64,000 bases of DNA from Lama glama (GCA_028534125.1 CM052816.1:85500001-85564000), one strand, 5' to 3'. Numbered from the stretch's first letter, positions 12,854 to 26,110 are shown. Program-made: numbers and translations. The notes: generated by a model from the letters alone, not told the origin.

Positions 12854-14319
12854 TGGTACCTAATTGTAATTATAAGCTTTTACATAGCAAAGGAAACTAT
12901 AAACAAAACAAAAAGACAGCCTACAGAATGGGAAAAAATATTTGCAAATGATATAAATGACAAGAGGTTAATCTCCAGAATATACAAACAGCTCATACAA
13001 CTTAATAACAAAAAAAAAAAACCCAATCCAAAAATGGACAGAAGACCTAAACAAGCAATTCTCCAATGAAGACATACAAATGGCCATTAGGCACATGGGA
13101 AAATGCTCAATATTGCTAATTATTAGAGAAATGCAAATCAAAACTATGAGGTATCACCTCACACCAGTCACAATGGCCATCATTAGAAAGTCCACAAACA
13201 ACAAATGGTGGAAAGGGTGGGTAGAAAAGGGAACCCTCCTACACTGTTGGTAGGAATGTAGTTTTGTGCAGCCATTATGGAAAACAGTATGGAGATTCCT
13301 TAAAAAACTAAAAATAGACATACTTTTTGGTCCAGCAATCCCATTTCTGGGCATGTAGCTGAAGGGAACTCTAATTTGGAAAGATCATGCACCCCAATGT
13401 TCATAGCAGTACTATTTACATTAGCCAAGACATGGAAACAACCTAAATGTCCATTGACAAATGGCTGGATAGACATCATGGTTTAAATATACAGTGGAAA
13501 ACTGAACGATTACTTTATATTTGATGATAGCAAGTATTCTGTAATTATACAGTCATGTGTCTTTATAAATTGAGCACAAATTTAGAACAATAATCTGTAA
13601 GATAAATTCTCAACACATAAAATATATTCTAGTAATAACGTTTGAGTTTGAGACAATTGTGTTGCTCAGTAAATGCATAAAACTCACAACTTCTCAAAAC
13701 CATTCTTTAAATATATTAATACTGGGGAAATTGAGGTATCAAATAGTAAATAATGGAAAATCAGTGCAACTCTATGTTCTGATTCATTGATCAAGTCTAC
13801 ATATTCAGTACTCTCAGAGCCTTTTTTAATGATGAGTCATAAACATTATTACCTTTTACTATTAAAATATATAAAAATAATCTCTGTAATTGGACGCACA
13901 CAGTTTAAACAGTTTATTATCTCATGGTTTATCAGAGACCATGCATTTATATTTGAATATTCCCTGTTTCTGTTAGTCTTTATAATTTATGATATAATTT
14001 ATCACAGTGTGTAATTATAGAGATGTGGTGTTACTTATATTTTCACTGTTAAAACAATTGTCATAATTTTGTTGTGGAAAATAAATTCCATCATATCTAA
14101 AAGGAAAAAATAATCAGTACCATACATATTTTTGGCCTCTTAATTCACTTATTAACATTGGAACAGCCAGTGAAAAGCATACACATATGTTTAGAAGAGC
14201 TTATGGCTCAATATTGACATTTATAACTGACAAGCAAATATACTGAAAGAAGAACACATGACCAAGCTGGTAGAGCCTGGCTAGCTTCCAGCCCACAATA
14301 GTCAGATGTTGTTTTTTAA

Positions 14320-14560
14320 TTTGCCATTTATGCAAAGTACAAAAACAAGGAAAACTTATCTATGTTGTTGTAAGTCAGGGATACGGTTTTCCTTGGGGAC
14401 TGAGAGTGCTGGTAAATAAGAGGACTTCTGGAGTGCTGGTGAAATTCTGTATCTCGATCTCGGTGCTTATAGGTGTATTCAGTTTGTAAAAAATTCATCA
14501 GCTAGATACTCATGTATACTTTTCTATATGCACATTTATATTTCACTATGATAGTAAAAT
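14320..14560 (+). mobile_element. L1ME-type 3' end
   Basis: GGACTTCTGGAGTGCTGGTGAAATTCTGTATCTCGATCT...TTTGTAAAAAATTCATCAGCT. Confidence 0.75.
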
Positions 14561-14979
14561 TGGGGAAAAAAAACAATAGCACACTTTGCTTCAGGGCATT
14601 TTCAGTAATTCTAGTGTTTTCATAAAATAGTCTATGTTCCCATAAGCTGTCGTAACATGCTCATAATAAGAGTTTGTCAAGTTGGAGATCAGAAGGGTGA
14701 TTTCATAGTATCTGCAAATGTGAGTGTTTTCTTCTAAGCATCTATGCAGAATCTTTCTACTCTCCATTAGAATCATGTTTATATGCAGGAATAGTGAGTT
14801 TTAGTTCATGCTAGGATATCAGGAATTGTCTCCATCACAAAGTTAACTCATTGTTCTGTTTCTATGCATCAGCCCTGTTAAGATGGTGGTGTGGCAAAAC
14901 TTCAGATAACTGCCAATTTACCTCATATATCAGCAGGACCTTTATGCTGAAGAAGGTTGTTTTGGAGCAGAGTGTTTTT

Positions 14980-15585
14980 GGAAAAATTTTCAACCATTCT
15001 ATAGGTTAGCTTTCACTTTGTTGATTATTTCCTATACTGTGTAGTAGCTTTTTAGTTTGATATAGTCCTACTTGCCTATATTTACTTTTCTTGGCTGCAT
15101 TTTTCCTGTCATATCCATGAACTCTTTACTAAGATCAATGTTATGAAAGTTTTGAATTTTTTCCTAGGAGTTTGAGAGCTTCAAGTCTTACATTTGAATC
15201 TTTCTTCTATTTTGATTTTATCTTTGTGTATGATATAATATAAGGGTCCAGTTTATGCTTTTCTTGAGGATATCCAGTTTTCCCAACACAATTTGTTGAA
15301 GGGATTATTCGTATTGGAACCCTTGCTGAAGATCATTCCGTTTATATTTGGGTTTATTTCTGGGCTCTCTATTCTGTTCTCTCAGTTTGTCTCTAAGTCA
15401 GTACTATACTTTTTTGATTACTGTAGCTTTGTAATGTGTTTTGAAATCAGGAAGTGTGATGGCTCCAGAATTGCTGTTTCTCAAGATTGTTTTGGCTATT
15501 TGGTGTCCTCTGTGGTTCATATGAATTTCAGAATTGTTTTTTCTATTCTTGAAAAAAAAAATCATTGGTGTTTCAACAGAGACTT
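14980..15585 (-). mobile_element. L1M ORF2 3' fragment
   Basis: Antisense L1 motifs: TTTCACTTTGTTGATTATTTCC, GGATATCCAGTTTTCCCAACAC, GATTACTGTAGCTTTGTAATGTGTTTTGAAATCAGG. Confidence 0.9.
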
Positions 15586-15619
15586 GATAGATGGAATCCT
15601 ATCAAATATGGAGGCAGTG

Positions 15620-16144
15620 AATATGTTTGCTTACATGGTAAAGGAGTTTTGCTGATGTAATGAATATTACTAATCAGTGACCTTAAGATAAGGAGATTAT
15701 CCTGGTGGGCTCACTAAAATAACATAAGCCCTTAATAATAGAGGCAGAAAAGGAAGCCAGAAAGATGAGGCAGAAGAGATTATCTAAATGATAGAAATTA
15801 TGAGGGAGCCATGCAACTAAGAACGTGGACAGCCTCTAAGAGATGACGACTGATAGCGAAAACGGAAATAGGGACTCAACTGACAGCCAGAAAGCAGTTA
15901 AAAACCTCTATCCTATAAGAATGAGATTTTGCCATAACATGAATAAGACTGGAAGTGGATTGTGCCCCAGAACCTCCAGAAAAGCTCCCAGGCTGATCAA
16001 CACCATGATCTTGCCTTATAAGATCCTAAACTGAGCAAAGCCATCTAGACCTGTGACCTGCAGAAATGTGATAGAATAAATGGATACTATTTTAAGCCAC
16101 TAAATTTGTGATGCTTTATTTTGAAGCAAAAGAAAACAACTACA
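15620..16144 (+). mobile_element. MaLR LTR (MLT1D/E-like)
   Basis: TTACATGGTAAAGGAGTTTTGCTGATGTAAT, GGAGATTATCCTGG, TTTAAGCCACTAAATTTGTG...AAAACAACTACA. Confidence 0.85.
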
Positions 16145-16723
16145 GATTATTTATTTATTTTTAAGTATAAGATTAGAAACAAAAGCTCCTTCTCTTTACT
16201 GGTGGTTTAAGTTACCTCTCCAGTCACAAAATCAGTCATAAATTCTACTTGAAGGAGATACGTATTAAAGCTAGGAAATGGTTTGGCTTTATTAAGCTGT
16301 CCTACTGTCCCCTAATGAATAGTCTGTACAGCCTACTAATCCTAATTTCCAATGTCTCCATATTAGTGGTCACAATGGAAAAGAACTGATATTTTTGATG
16401 ATCCTCATTTTCATCTGTGTGTGGTTGTGTTTTTCTCAGCTCTATTGTACTGTATTGTAAAAATCTTTCTTATTTTTATGCCATTCGAACTTCCCATTTG
16501 TATATGCTGGCAGCACACTACAGCTCTCCTAAAGTGCTGTATTTTTATTTAATTTCAATTTATTCATTTTATTATTTTTAATAATTTTTATTCCATAATT
16601 TAAATCTTAACTCTGAGAGAAATAATCATTAGTTTTCAACCAGTCATTTAGAACTCAAGGTCATATATATATATATTTTTTTTTTCAGTTTCCTAATTAT
16701 TTTCAGATACCTGTAACTATTTA

Positions 16724-16793
16724 TTTTATTTTTTTAACATTTTTTATTGATTTATAATCATTTTACAATGTTGTGTCAAATTCCAATGTAGAG
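16724..16793 (-). mobile_element. 70-bp extremely 5'-truncated young L1 with 14-bp TSD
   Basis: Antisense copy of the same 3' end seen at ~12790-12853; TSD CCTGTAACTATTTA at 16710-16723 and 16794-16807. Confidence 0.92.
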
Positions 16794-19044
16794 CCTGTAA
16801 CTATTTAATAGAGAAAAGTGTGCTTTCTAGAATTCAGAAAATTTAAATTAGATTAATATCATTTCTAATGATATATGATTACAACACAGACATACTATTG
16901 CATGACTGGATAGCAATAAGGGCATAAAATAATTATTTTCAAACTCATTTACTAAAAACAAAGTCTGCTACCTTTAAAATTATATTCACATATTTAAAAC
17001 ATATTAGGCAATAATGCTCCTATATGACTGTCTATAAATATTTTTTCATTTTGTGTTTTAATATTATATTATTTATTGCTTTAGTTCTTAGAAATAACAC
17101 AATAATTTTTTTTATCTCACATTGATATGTTTTAAATATTTTCTATATATCTGCTTATATTCAAAACAAACTTTTAGAAATTTATATGGCATTTTTCTCC
17201 TAAAGGCTCAAATGTAAGACATTTTTATCTTTGGTGGTAAATAGATCTGACAACATGCTTAGCTACAAAGTCAACAAGATTAATAATATCTGTTAAAGGA
17301 AAATTAAAAACATTCTTTTCCATCTAAAAAGAAAAAGTAAGTTACTGCAAAAAATACACTAATACTACTAATCCATTACATTTATAGATTCCATTATGTA
17401 AATTCATTAGATTTTTATCCAACATCATTTGTTCAGAATAATAAGATCCTATAAGCCATATATTGAAGCTTGCTAATGGATTCAGATATGTTTATAATTT
17501 TTAAACTCTGAGGAGTAGAAATGCAAGTACTGTTGGACCACACGTGACTCAGATCATTAATCTATGAACAAAGACCAGAATTCATCAAAGCAATTAACAT
17601 AATGATCAGGTGTAAATCAATATTAGAATGTTTCACTACCTTCTAGTAGAATCTGCACTCAGTGTCAATGAATGGAAAAAAGAAATGCTTGATAATAGTT
17701 TACTATGTGTTATCCATTTCCTAGTGATTCCTGATAATTCCCTACCTTTGTGTGCATGTTGGTAGTCTTGGTTCAAATGAAAAGCCTCAGGTTGCCTTCT
17801 GACAATTTATTTTTTTCTCTTTATTTGCTTTTGTTTTCTAGGATTAGTATTTAAGATAATTACAAAATTTGTAAAAACAATTAAAGAGATGAAAGAAAGG
17901 AAAAACCTATTAGTTATTTTTATGCTTCAATCAAATCTCACCAGCTCAGTGACTGATGACTCTTACTATCCTGGTTAGAAACCTCTCCTGTCTCCTGAGT
18001 ATTTAGAATAGTCTCCAGATCCTCATGCCTTTATTCTAGAAACCATCTCCTTTATAACAAACTAACAGCATGACTTAATAGGTCAATATGATAGTTTAAT
18101 ATTCAAAATTATTGACAATACTGATAATCAGAAGTTGTAAATTTCTTTTAAATGAGCATGTATTCTTATTTGAAATGTGTATGATCATTTAGAGCTATAT
18201 CTCTCAAGTTGTTTACAGGGACACTAGTTAGAAAAAGTAATCTATAAAAATGTTTCTATTATATAATACTTATATCATAAATACTGTCTATAATAAATAA
18301 GTATATAGTATATTACAAACACATAGACACCCTTGGTGTGCATTGGATATACACCCAAAGGAGCTCATCTTCCTTTTCATTAGGTGACAAAACAAAACAG
18401 ATATTACTATTTCATTTAAAAGAAAATCTCAATGACTGGTAGAAGTTTTAAATATTATGTAAATTAGCAACAGATCAGAATCTAAATATATGTATAAATT
18501 GACTTCCAATTTTCTCATTTGTTAAAAAGATGCTTTAACTAAATAATTAGGGGTAGAAATGCAAATATAGTTTAAAGAAAGGTTTTAATAAATAAATATC
18601 TAGAGACACACCTATGTTAAATAAATCTAATCAAATATATGTGCATTTTATTCAGTACATTAAAATTACAGACCCACTTTTACAGAAATGTTGCTCTCCG
18701 GTCCACATGTGGACACTAAAATAAAACAACATGAATAAAATGGGAGTGTAAGAGTTGCTGCATCCATTCTAAAAATTATGCAAGAATCACATGCTACAGA
18801 ACACACAATTTATGCTAGGTATGACATAGGTGAGATATAGTCAATCTATACAGAGATCCTGTGGTCCAACTTACAAGGACTTTCTTACAATTCTGTTTCA
18901 ATAAGTTGATCAGACCTATGATGATTCCACTTTAGGGAATTTAGCGCAGTCCCAGATATGTATCTTCCTAAATCAGTAATCTTGGCTAAATTATTTACCT
19001 TAATTTCTATTATGGTATTAAAATTGCACTAAAGTAGCCTATAA

Positions 19045-19471
19045 TGGTGCTGGTTGAAGCATCTGAGAAGCAGGCATCAAGATGATTTAAACGTGCAAGG
19101 ATGTTAGAGAGAAATTGGAGAGAACTTCATAAGATTAGGTGAGCCATCTAAACACAATTGAAATCTGACCAAGTAAAAGGGGAAAAAAAAAAAAAAGTTT
19201 GGTAGAAGGTCTGTAAACTGCTGTGCAATGTAGGAAGTTTCAGCAAGGTACTGGGAAGCCTTTAAGCCAAAAACAACTGTTAGAGTTATGTTAAATCTCC
19301 CAGGAATGGGTCTACAAAAGTAGCCCTGTTGAGCTCAGGTACTGCCTGGCAGCCACCTAAGCGGATTTAGCAGAAATGCTGACATGAATTTCATAGCATC
19401 GCTCCTAGGTCCCCGGGTCAATATGGTCCCTGTAGTTGGAGGTCTATGAGGCACATTCTTGTGGCCACTAC
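19045..19471. mobile_element. ERVL LTR16-like solo LTR
   Basis: CTGAGAAGCAGGCATCAAGATG...TGCAAGGA, and terminal GCACATTCTTGTGGCCACTACA. Confidence 0.6.
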
Positions 19472-20534
19472 ATTACCTCATAGAGTTAGGAATTTTATGG
19501 AAACAATTTCACAAAAGCACTTGGAGCAATTTTAAGACAGTGTTCAATAAATGCTTGCTATCTTTTGGAAAGGTTAAATACTTGCCTTTGAGTAGTGAAA
19601 TAAATTACCGTTCATTTGTACACTTAGGACTTTGGAGATTAACAGTATTTAGAATTGTTAAGCCAGATGCTGAAGTACAAACAGGAATGCAAAGGACATG
19701 AACTGTAGGGAACAAGACTCCTGCTTGACCCCACAGGTCTGTTTCCTAACCTAGCAGTAGTGTCAAGGAGCAAGGTCAGCCTTTTCAAGACAGAAGGTAA
19801 GGGAAAAAATGGACATTTCAGCTTGCTCCGGACAGAACATATTCACCAACTAGAGAGAGTAACTGCACCAAGGCAGGACAAACATAGAGCAGCCAGCCTC
19901 CAGAGGCAGGAAAGCCTTACAGCACTTTTGTGAACAAGCAAGGTATCTGATATTCAAATTTTGACTTAATTAAAACATTTAAATTAGTTAAATCAAAACA
20001 ATGCATTATTGCTATGTGACATACATGACTTTTACTTAGAATATGATTCAGGTGCAGATTCCTCCATATACACACATTGTCCTCAGGTTCTGTGATGCAT
20101 TCTTTGGTTATTAAGCAAAAAAGGACTTGACATTTCTAAGGATGCTTTTATCCTCAAGGATAGCATTTTATACTCGTTCTAGGATACTTCAGTTACAACA
20201 AATATGCTATGTTCAAATATAGACCATGCTCAACGAGTTGCATTAACAAACTTGAATGAGTGCAGATGAGGACAGAAGAGATGCTCAGACTAGAACAACA
20301 TGAAAATTTAAAGTTGCCCGGCACTGTTGAGACAAGTAAGATTGTTTTATACCACAGAGCAGAGATGCTTCTGAAGAGAGGAAGACTTTTTCCTTATATA
20401 GTTACAGATTGCCACATGCATAGCTGCTTATAGTTTTTTGTTTGTTTCATTTTGGCCTTAATGGGAATTACCAGGAGCAAACTTCTGTCCAAGCAGTGTG
20501 ATATAGATTACAGGCATTGTAGTCGTGGATCATC

Positions 20535-20610
20535 GCCAACATCTTAAATTTTCTGAGCCTCAGTTTTCATATCCATAAAGCAAGGTAGGAATACATATCT
20601 CATAATAAAG
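20535..20610 (+). mobile_element. MIR fragment
   Basis: CTTAAATTTTCTGAGCCTCAGTTTTCATATCCATAAAG core motif. Confidence 0.65.
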
Positions 20611-20632
20611 CTCAAGCATTGAAATTATAATA

Positions 20633-20834
20633 GAGTTGGCCTTTGAACAACAGGGGTTTGAACTGTGTGGGTCTATTTACATGCAGAAAATTTTTCAAGA
20701 GTAAATACTACAGTACTATGCAATACAGGGATGTCAAACCACAGATATGGAAGGAGGACTACAAGCTATAAGTGGATTTTCAACAGAGCTGAGGTTCGGC
20801 ACCTTCAACCCCTCCATTGTACACGGGTTAACCG
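20633..20834. mobile_element. Tigger2-family (TcMar) MITE
   Basis: TIR-like ends GAGTTGGCCTTTGAACAA / TTGTACACGGGTTAACCG (consensus CAGTTGACCCTTGAACAA), flanked by TA at 20631-20632 and 20835-20836. Confidence 0.85.
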
Positions 20835-20949
20835 TATATGCAAAGTATTTACCACGTGTCTTGGTCAAATTAAGAAATCACAAGAAAAAATCTTAAACTC
20901 ATTCAGTACGTTATTATAGAAGGAGGCAAAATTCCTCTCACAAAAAGCA

Positions 20950-21122
20950 TCCATGGGAGCTTCCAAATTGGTGAAAGCATCCATTTGTTGGGAGGTTGGC
21001 GCAATCCAAAACCATGGGGACAGAAGCTCCTGCACTCAAGACCTTTCTGGAACTTGCCCTACATACCTCGTCATACATCTGTATCTTTTATAATGTTTTG
21101 TATCATAAACTGGTAAACATAT
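20950..21122 (+). mobile_element. MER21-like LTR fragment
   Basis: CCATGGGGACAGAAGCTCCTGCACTCAAGACCTTTCTGGAACTTGCCCT...TAAACTGGTAAAC. Confidence 0.7.
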
Positions 21123-21614
21123 GACAAGATCTATGGACAGATGAACTAGAACTTTCAGACTCAAACTGAACAAATGGGTTATGCAGATGGCACATGAAGA
21201 CGGCATTTATTTCCTAAGGCTGATTGATTATTTAATATTTTGAAGTATATTTTTATAAGCCTACTTCAACCTCAGCTAATTATCTCAAGAGACACATACT
21301 TGTTTGATCATTTCCAGCCCCATAACGTTATAAATTAACATTCTGAAAAAAAATTGTGTATTGTGATTGTTTGGGCCTATTGAAATGTTAACTCAAAGCT
21401 TGTCATTTTTGCTGCTCTATAGAAAATTAACCTGTGTTTTAGCAAACTGGACTTTCTTACTTTTGCATTCTTAGTGAGCTCTTCAAATACCTAAGAATAC
21501 ATAATGCATTGTCTTTCTGCTGGTGCCTAATTAGTAATTAGAGAAAAACATTTACCTGAACCAAAAACTAAAACCAAAACCAAATCAAATCAAAAGTCTT
21601 TGAATATTTTGTAT

Positions 21615-21790
21615 TTATCCATTTTCTTCCCTACCTTCACTCCCTCCCAAACTCACCTTTATTTCTTCCTTCTTTTTTCTTTTTCTTCCTTCCCTTATTG
21701 CCTCTCTTTCATTTGCTTTCCTTTTCTTTGCCTTCAATATGTTCTCCTTTCCTTGTTTTTCTGTATTTTTTCTATATTTACCCTTTACTG
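21615..21790. repeat. CT-rich low-complexity tract
   Basis: Pyrimidine-rich run; explains the spurious ORFs at 21600-21800. Confidence 0.8.
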
Positions 21791-21894
21791 AACAAATCAT
21801 AAACTAGATTATCAATTTTTAAAGCACTGACAATATTTGTATTATCTCATTATAGCCTTACTACCATGTCCCATGAAATTCTGCACTAATGTCT

Positions 21895-22155
21895 TAAAGA
21901 TAAAGTCTAATCTGTCTATTTTTTCTTTTGTTGTATATGGCTGATTGATTTGATGTCTTAGAAATTATTGCCAAATCCAATGTCATGAAACTTTTCCTCT
22001 CTGTTTTCTTCAAGAGCCTTAGCTTTATTTTGAGTTAATTTTTGTATATTATATAAGGTAAGAATCCAGCTTCATTCCTCTGCATGTGCATATCCAATTT
22101 TCCAAAACTAGTTGTTGAAAAGACTGGCATTTCCCCACTGAATGGCCCTAGTGCT
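21895..22155 (-). mobile_element. L1 ORF2 fragment
   Basis: GCCAAATCCAATGTCATGAAAC, TTTTGAGTTAATTTTTGTATA, TTGTTGAAAAGACT. Confidence 0.85.
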
Positions 22156-25100
22156 CTATATTATTTTGAAGTATTGAAGTCTCAAATACGATTTGAAGTT
22201 ACCTTACTAAATTATGTTTTTATAGGGTATAGTGATTTATTCACCCAAATTATAAACATTTATGGTGGAAAATAGCACCTCAGTGTTCTGAAATATGTAA
22301 CTTGCTTTGAGGCTCTGAGTTTGATCATTTGGCCAATTTCATTTTCCTTCTATTTTTCTGAGATGATTGAAATCATTGGTCATAAGCTTCTGTCCTGTAA
22401 GCCATGCAAAACCAGATTTATGTGGATTGTGAAACAAAAGAAAAGATATCATACTAAAGTTGATAGTCATTTTAACTGCCACAGACTTAGAAGTTTTTAG
22501 TAGAATAAATGGAAAAAGTGCACAACCTAGCAGTGTCAATTTATGAAAGGTTACACTTGTTTGCGTCAAGTGTCTGAGCCTCTCTTATATCTTCAGTTTG
22601 CCTGACTGTTAAGACCCAGCATATTTTAGAGGTCCCCACTTCTAAGACCTTGTTCTGATGGAAATAGTTACCAAGAGACTGGAAGGAAATGCAGGTAACT
22701 GACATTTACACAGTAAATGATTTCAACTATTGCTGTTTCTTTAATCACACACTACATGTCTGCCACTCGTAATAACAGCTTGGTGTCTGGCAGACACTCT
22801 GCGTTCTCTCTGAATTTCACTGCTTGTGTGATCCTTTGTATGAATAACTTAACATAGTCATTATGTACATTCTTAGATTAACATACAGTCTAATTTCATT
22901 GCTTCCACGTACTTCTGTTGTTCAGAACTGTCTGGCCCTGCTGCTTGGTCTAATCTGACTTCTGCATTTCTTCTGCTCCTGGGAGCGTTTCCATAGAGGA
23001 GGCACCTGCCACGTTTATTTGTAGAAATTATTCCTTGATTCAAAAAAGAAAAGACCAACGTTTCTCTCTTCTTTTTTGTATGGTCATACTGAACATAACA
23101 TTGTGTTTCTATTTCTGAATTATTTTACTTACTGAATTGATAGTCTCTCATCTTTAAGCCTCAGAGTCACCGTCTGTGACTCTGTGAGTCTTTTTTCTCC
23201 CTGAACTCCCTCTCTTTCTCCTAAGTTATGCCAATAAAAACTGATATATTTGATTAAGTTTTTTACTTTTAAATAATGTTTAATATTCCATCTCCTTAAT
23301 TTAGAGTTAGAATAAAAAAGTATATTTATATTTCTTTCATAACATAACATTAACCTCTGTGATTCCCTAAAATATGAATTGAAATACTCCTTTTACCCTT
23401 ACTCTATAAAAACTCTCCCCTAAATTTTCAAATCTAATCAAATTTGTTTTTCTTAAAACCAGTAACTGTATTCTCATGTGAAATTTTCCATATATGCATT
23501 TGTCTTATTGACAAATACTATATCAATTTGTTTTTAAGCACTCTGTTAGACATCATTTCCTTCTAGATGAAATCCACTTACAAATTTTACATGTCAATTT
23601 GTGTTCCCTGTGTTTCTTCCAGTCCAGTCTACTTCTTAAAATTAATGGTCTAGGAATATGAAGTTAGGAACAGGTTCTTTTTAAAATTATTATTAAGGCT
23701 CAAACATCATGACTTCTGAGTGAAAGTTAAAGGACTTTTTAATATTTTACTCTGCTCATTTACACTCAGGTAAATTTCAAGGCATATGAAAGTTGTTTAT
23801 GATTTATATGCTAATTGCTATTTGTTGTTATAAAATATTTATTCAAAATTAAAAATCCAATATGTAACCATTTTTTCTGTATCACACATTTTAGCTATTT
23901 TGAACTGGTATTTCTCTGATAGTTTTAGTTAAAAGATAACATTTTGAATGGATCAATAATGTTAGAAAGCTTTAACGTTTTTGTCTAACTTTATGTATCA
24001 TGTATAAACTTGAAGCTTAAAAACAGAAAATATCTATTGGTAAGTAGTTTTATCATTCTACCACTATTATGTGAGTGTTATTTGATTTTGCTTTCTGAAA
24101 CGTCATGTATTCAACTATATAATGAGCTAGTAAAATTGGATCAGCAGTCGCTGATCCAATTCAATAAGAAGTAAATAATTCTAAAGTAAGATATCTATTT
24201 TTAAGTTAATGATATTTAAGTCCAATATTGTTAATGGTTACAAGGAATAGAAGATATTATAATGCTACATAAGTAATGACTATATATCCTTCAAAAGAAC
24301 ATAAGCGTTAGACCCAGAGGGCTTCCTTCTCACTGTGGTGTATTGCTTTTCCACAGATAGGAGGTATATAAAAGATAAGGCTGTAGGGAATCTTATACTC
24401 TGACAGTGAATCCAGATGCTTTGAGCCCTGAATTTAACTGGAAGTCAGTTCTTGACAGCAAAAGAAATCTTTTGCTTGGGAAACTCCATTTAACATTTAA
24501 GAAAAGAAATAGAAAAGGTAATTGATTTTTACAGTAACAAGTCTATGGCTACTCTCTAAAAATAAAGAGAAGACTTTTTAAATTATAAAGTTAATATTTA
24601 TTAGAAGGGAACTTAAAAACCTACTTTATTTGAATTTCTATATATATTTTAATAGGAATTTATTTTACAGCAATTATTTAATATATATATTTAAATTCAC
24701 TTTTTAAGTTTTGTTTTGTTTTGTTTTGTTCTTTGGTAAGATGTCATAGACTCCAGGTCATTTGAAAATAGTTGACACACATTTTGAGAAATCAAAGATA
24801 AATGGTTTGACACTACATATACCAGACCTAATGGATCAGTATTTAATGGGGGAAACTCATGGGGCTCAGAGCAATCACAGGTGTGGGATTTTCCAGTTTC
24901 CCTCGCATTCTGAGACATTACACTCTATCCATTAAGCTACATCTCACATATTATAAAGAAAACCTGACTCTTGGGCTGTGGGCTTTTTAGCTACAGAACT
25001 TTAGAACATTGGCGCATCCCTGGCGTGTTAAAAAGCTGGGGTTCAAGCCTCTTATCATGTATGGTATAATGAAACAAGATTTGTGGCCTGAGCTACCATC

Positions 25101-25310
25101 TTAAAACTCAACCAGGTTGGTTGAATTCAGCAATTTGTTGAGGGGTTTTTCATGGAAGTTTTAAAGCATCAAGCTTCCAAGCTGTGCTAGAGGCTAACAT
25201 CACACTCGCAGATAGAAAACGATGGTTGGAAAGGGCCTGATGGTCACTGTCAGAGAGTGGCTCATACTGACTGGAGTCAGAGTGAGAGACCTTTTTGGCA
25301 ATGTGATGAA

Positions 25311-25585
25311 TTTATACAAGATACCTAGAGTATTGGAAATCATCAAGACAGAAATAGAAAGGTGGTTGCCAGATGCTGAAGAAAATAGGCAATGAGGAGT
25401 TTTTTTTGTTTGTTTTTGTTTTTAAGGAGTACAGAGTTTCAATTTGGGAAGATAAAAATTCTGGAGATGGATTGTGATAATAGTTGCATAACAATATGTA
25501 TGTACTTAAAGCCACTGAACTGTACACTTAAAAACAGTGAAAATGGTCAGTTCATTTTATGTATATTAACCATAAGATTTTTGAA
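25311..25585 (+). mobile_element. L1MB-type 3' end
   Basis: TACAGAGTTTCAATTTGGGAAGATAAAAATTCTGGAGATGG...CCACTGAACTGTACACTTAAAA. Confidence 0.88.
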
Positions 25586-26110
25586 AAATGACTGGAATAC
25601 AAAGTCTAGTAAAATGAAGGTCCCTGAATCTTTATAAAACATATAGAAAAAAAAAATCTTATTTTTTACTGGGAAATGATGTCTGCAACAATGAAAAAAA
25701 AAACTCTAAGAAAAAATAGCCTTTGTAGTATAGTAATATTAAATATATATCAATCAAAAACTTTTTAAAAATGAAGATTTGCAGTACCAAATATATAAAA
25801 TTCTATTAATCTATAATGATTGACAAATAAATATATAATAATGTCAATTTCATAAGATTAAACATTTTCTAAGTTTAAGTAATCAATAATGAAATGTTTA
25901 TTAAAATAATATACCTTTTTCAACTATAAAACTTGAAATTTTTTTTTTTAAGTTTGTAAAGTTCAATATGGCAAAGGCTTGGAAGATGAATGCTTGCTTC
26001 CTTAAGTGTGGTAGATTGAATTGCCATGCTATTTTTGGAAAGCATTTGCTAGATGTGTGACGGTAAGGGTTTTGATGTATATCTGGTGATTAGCATGGTG
26101 GTTTAATCTT

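Larger units (their letters stand above)
8961..13500 (+). mobile_element. LINE-1 (lineage-specific), 5'-truncated, near-complete but disrupted ORF2, lacking its own 3' UTR
   Basis: ORF2 start at 9253 (MAINKHLSIITVNVNGLNAPVKRHRL, APE endonuclease), [52 protein letters not shown] at 11334-11345, WKDIPCSWIG, cysteine-rich tail near 13200-13260; many stops and frameshifts. Confidence 0.97.
9253..13500 (+). pseudogene. L1 ORF2 (endonuclease/reverse transcriptase) pseudogene, interrupted at 12253-12853
   Basis: ORF-track fragments 9253-9471, 9423-9764, 9984-10172, 10846-11037, 11523-11903 and 12842-13069 are successive L1 ORF2 pieces. Confidence 0.95.

Noticed and set aside
9253..13500. Active L1 or novel reverse-transcriptase system
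   Set aside because: Ordinary L1 ORF2 with many stops and frameshifts, no matching ORF1 or promoter, and a nested insertion.
17541..17552. Overlapping E-box/AP-1 motif CACGTGACTCA as an enhancer
   Set aside because: A single short motif without conservation or chromatin data is not sufficient evidence.
23162..23184. 9-bp-stem hairpins (here and near 53608-53631)
   Set aside because: Stems of this length are expected a few times by chance in 64 kb and are too short for pre-miRNA.
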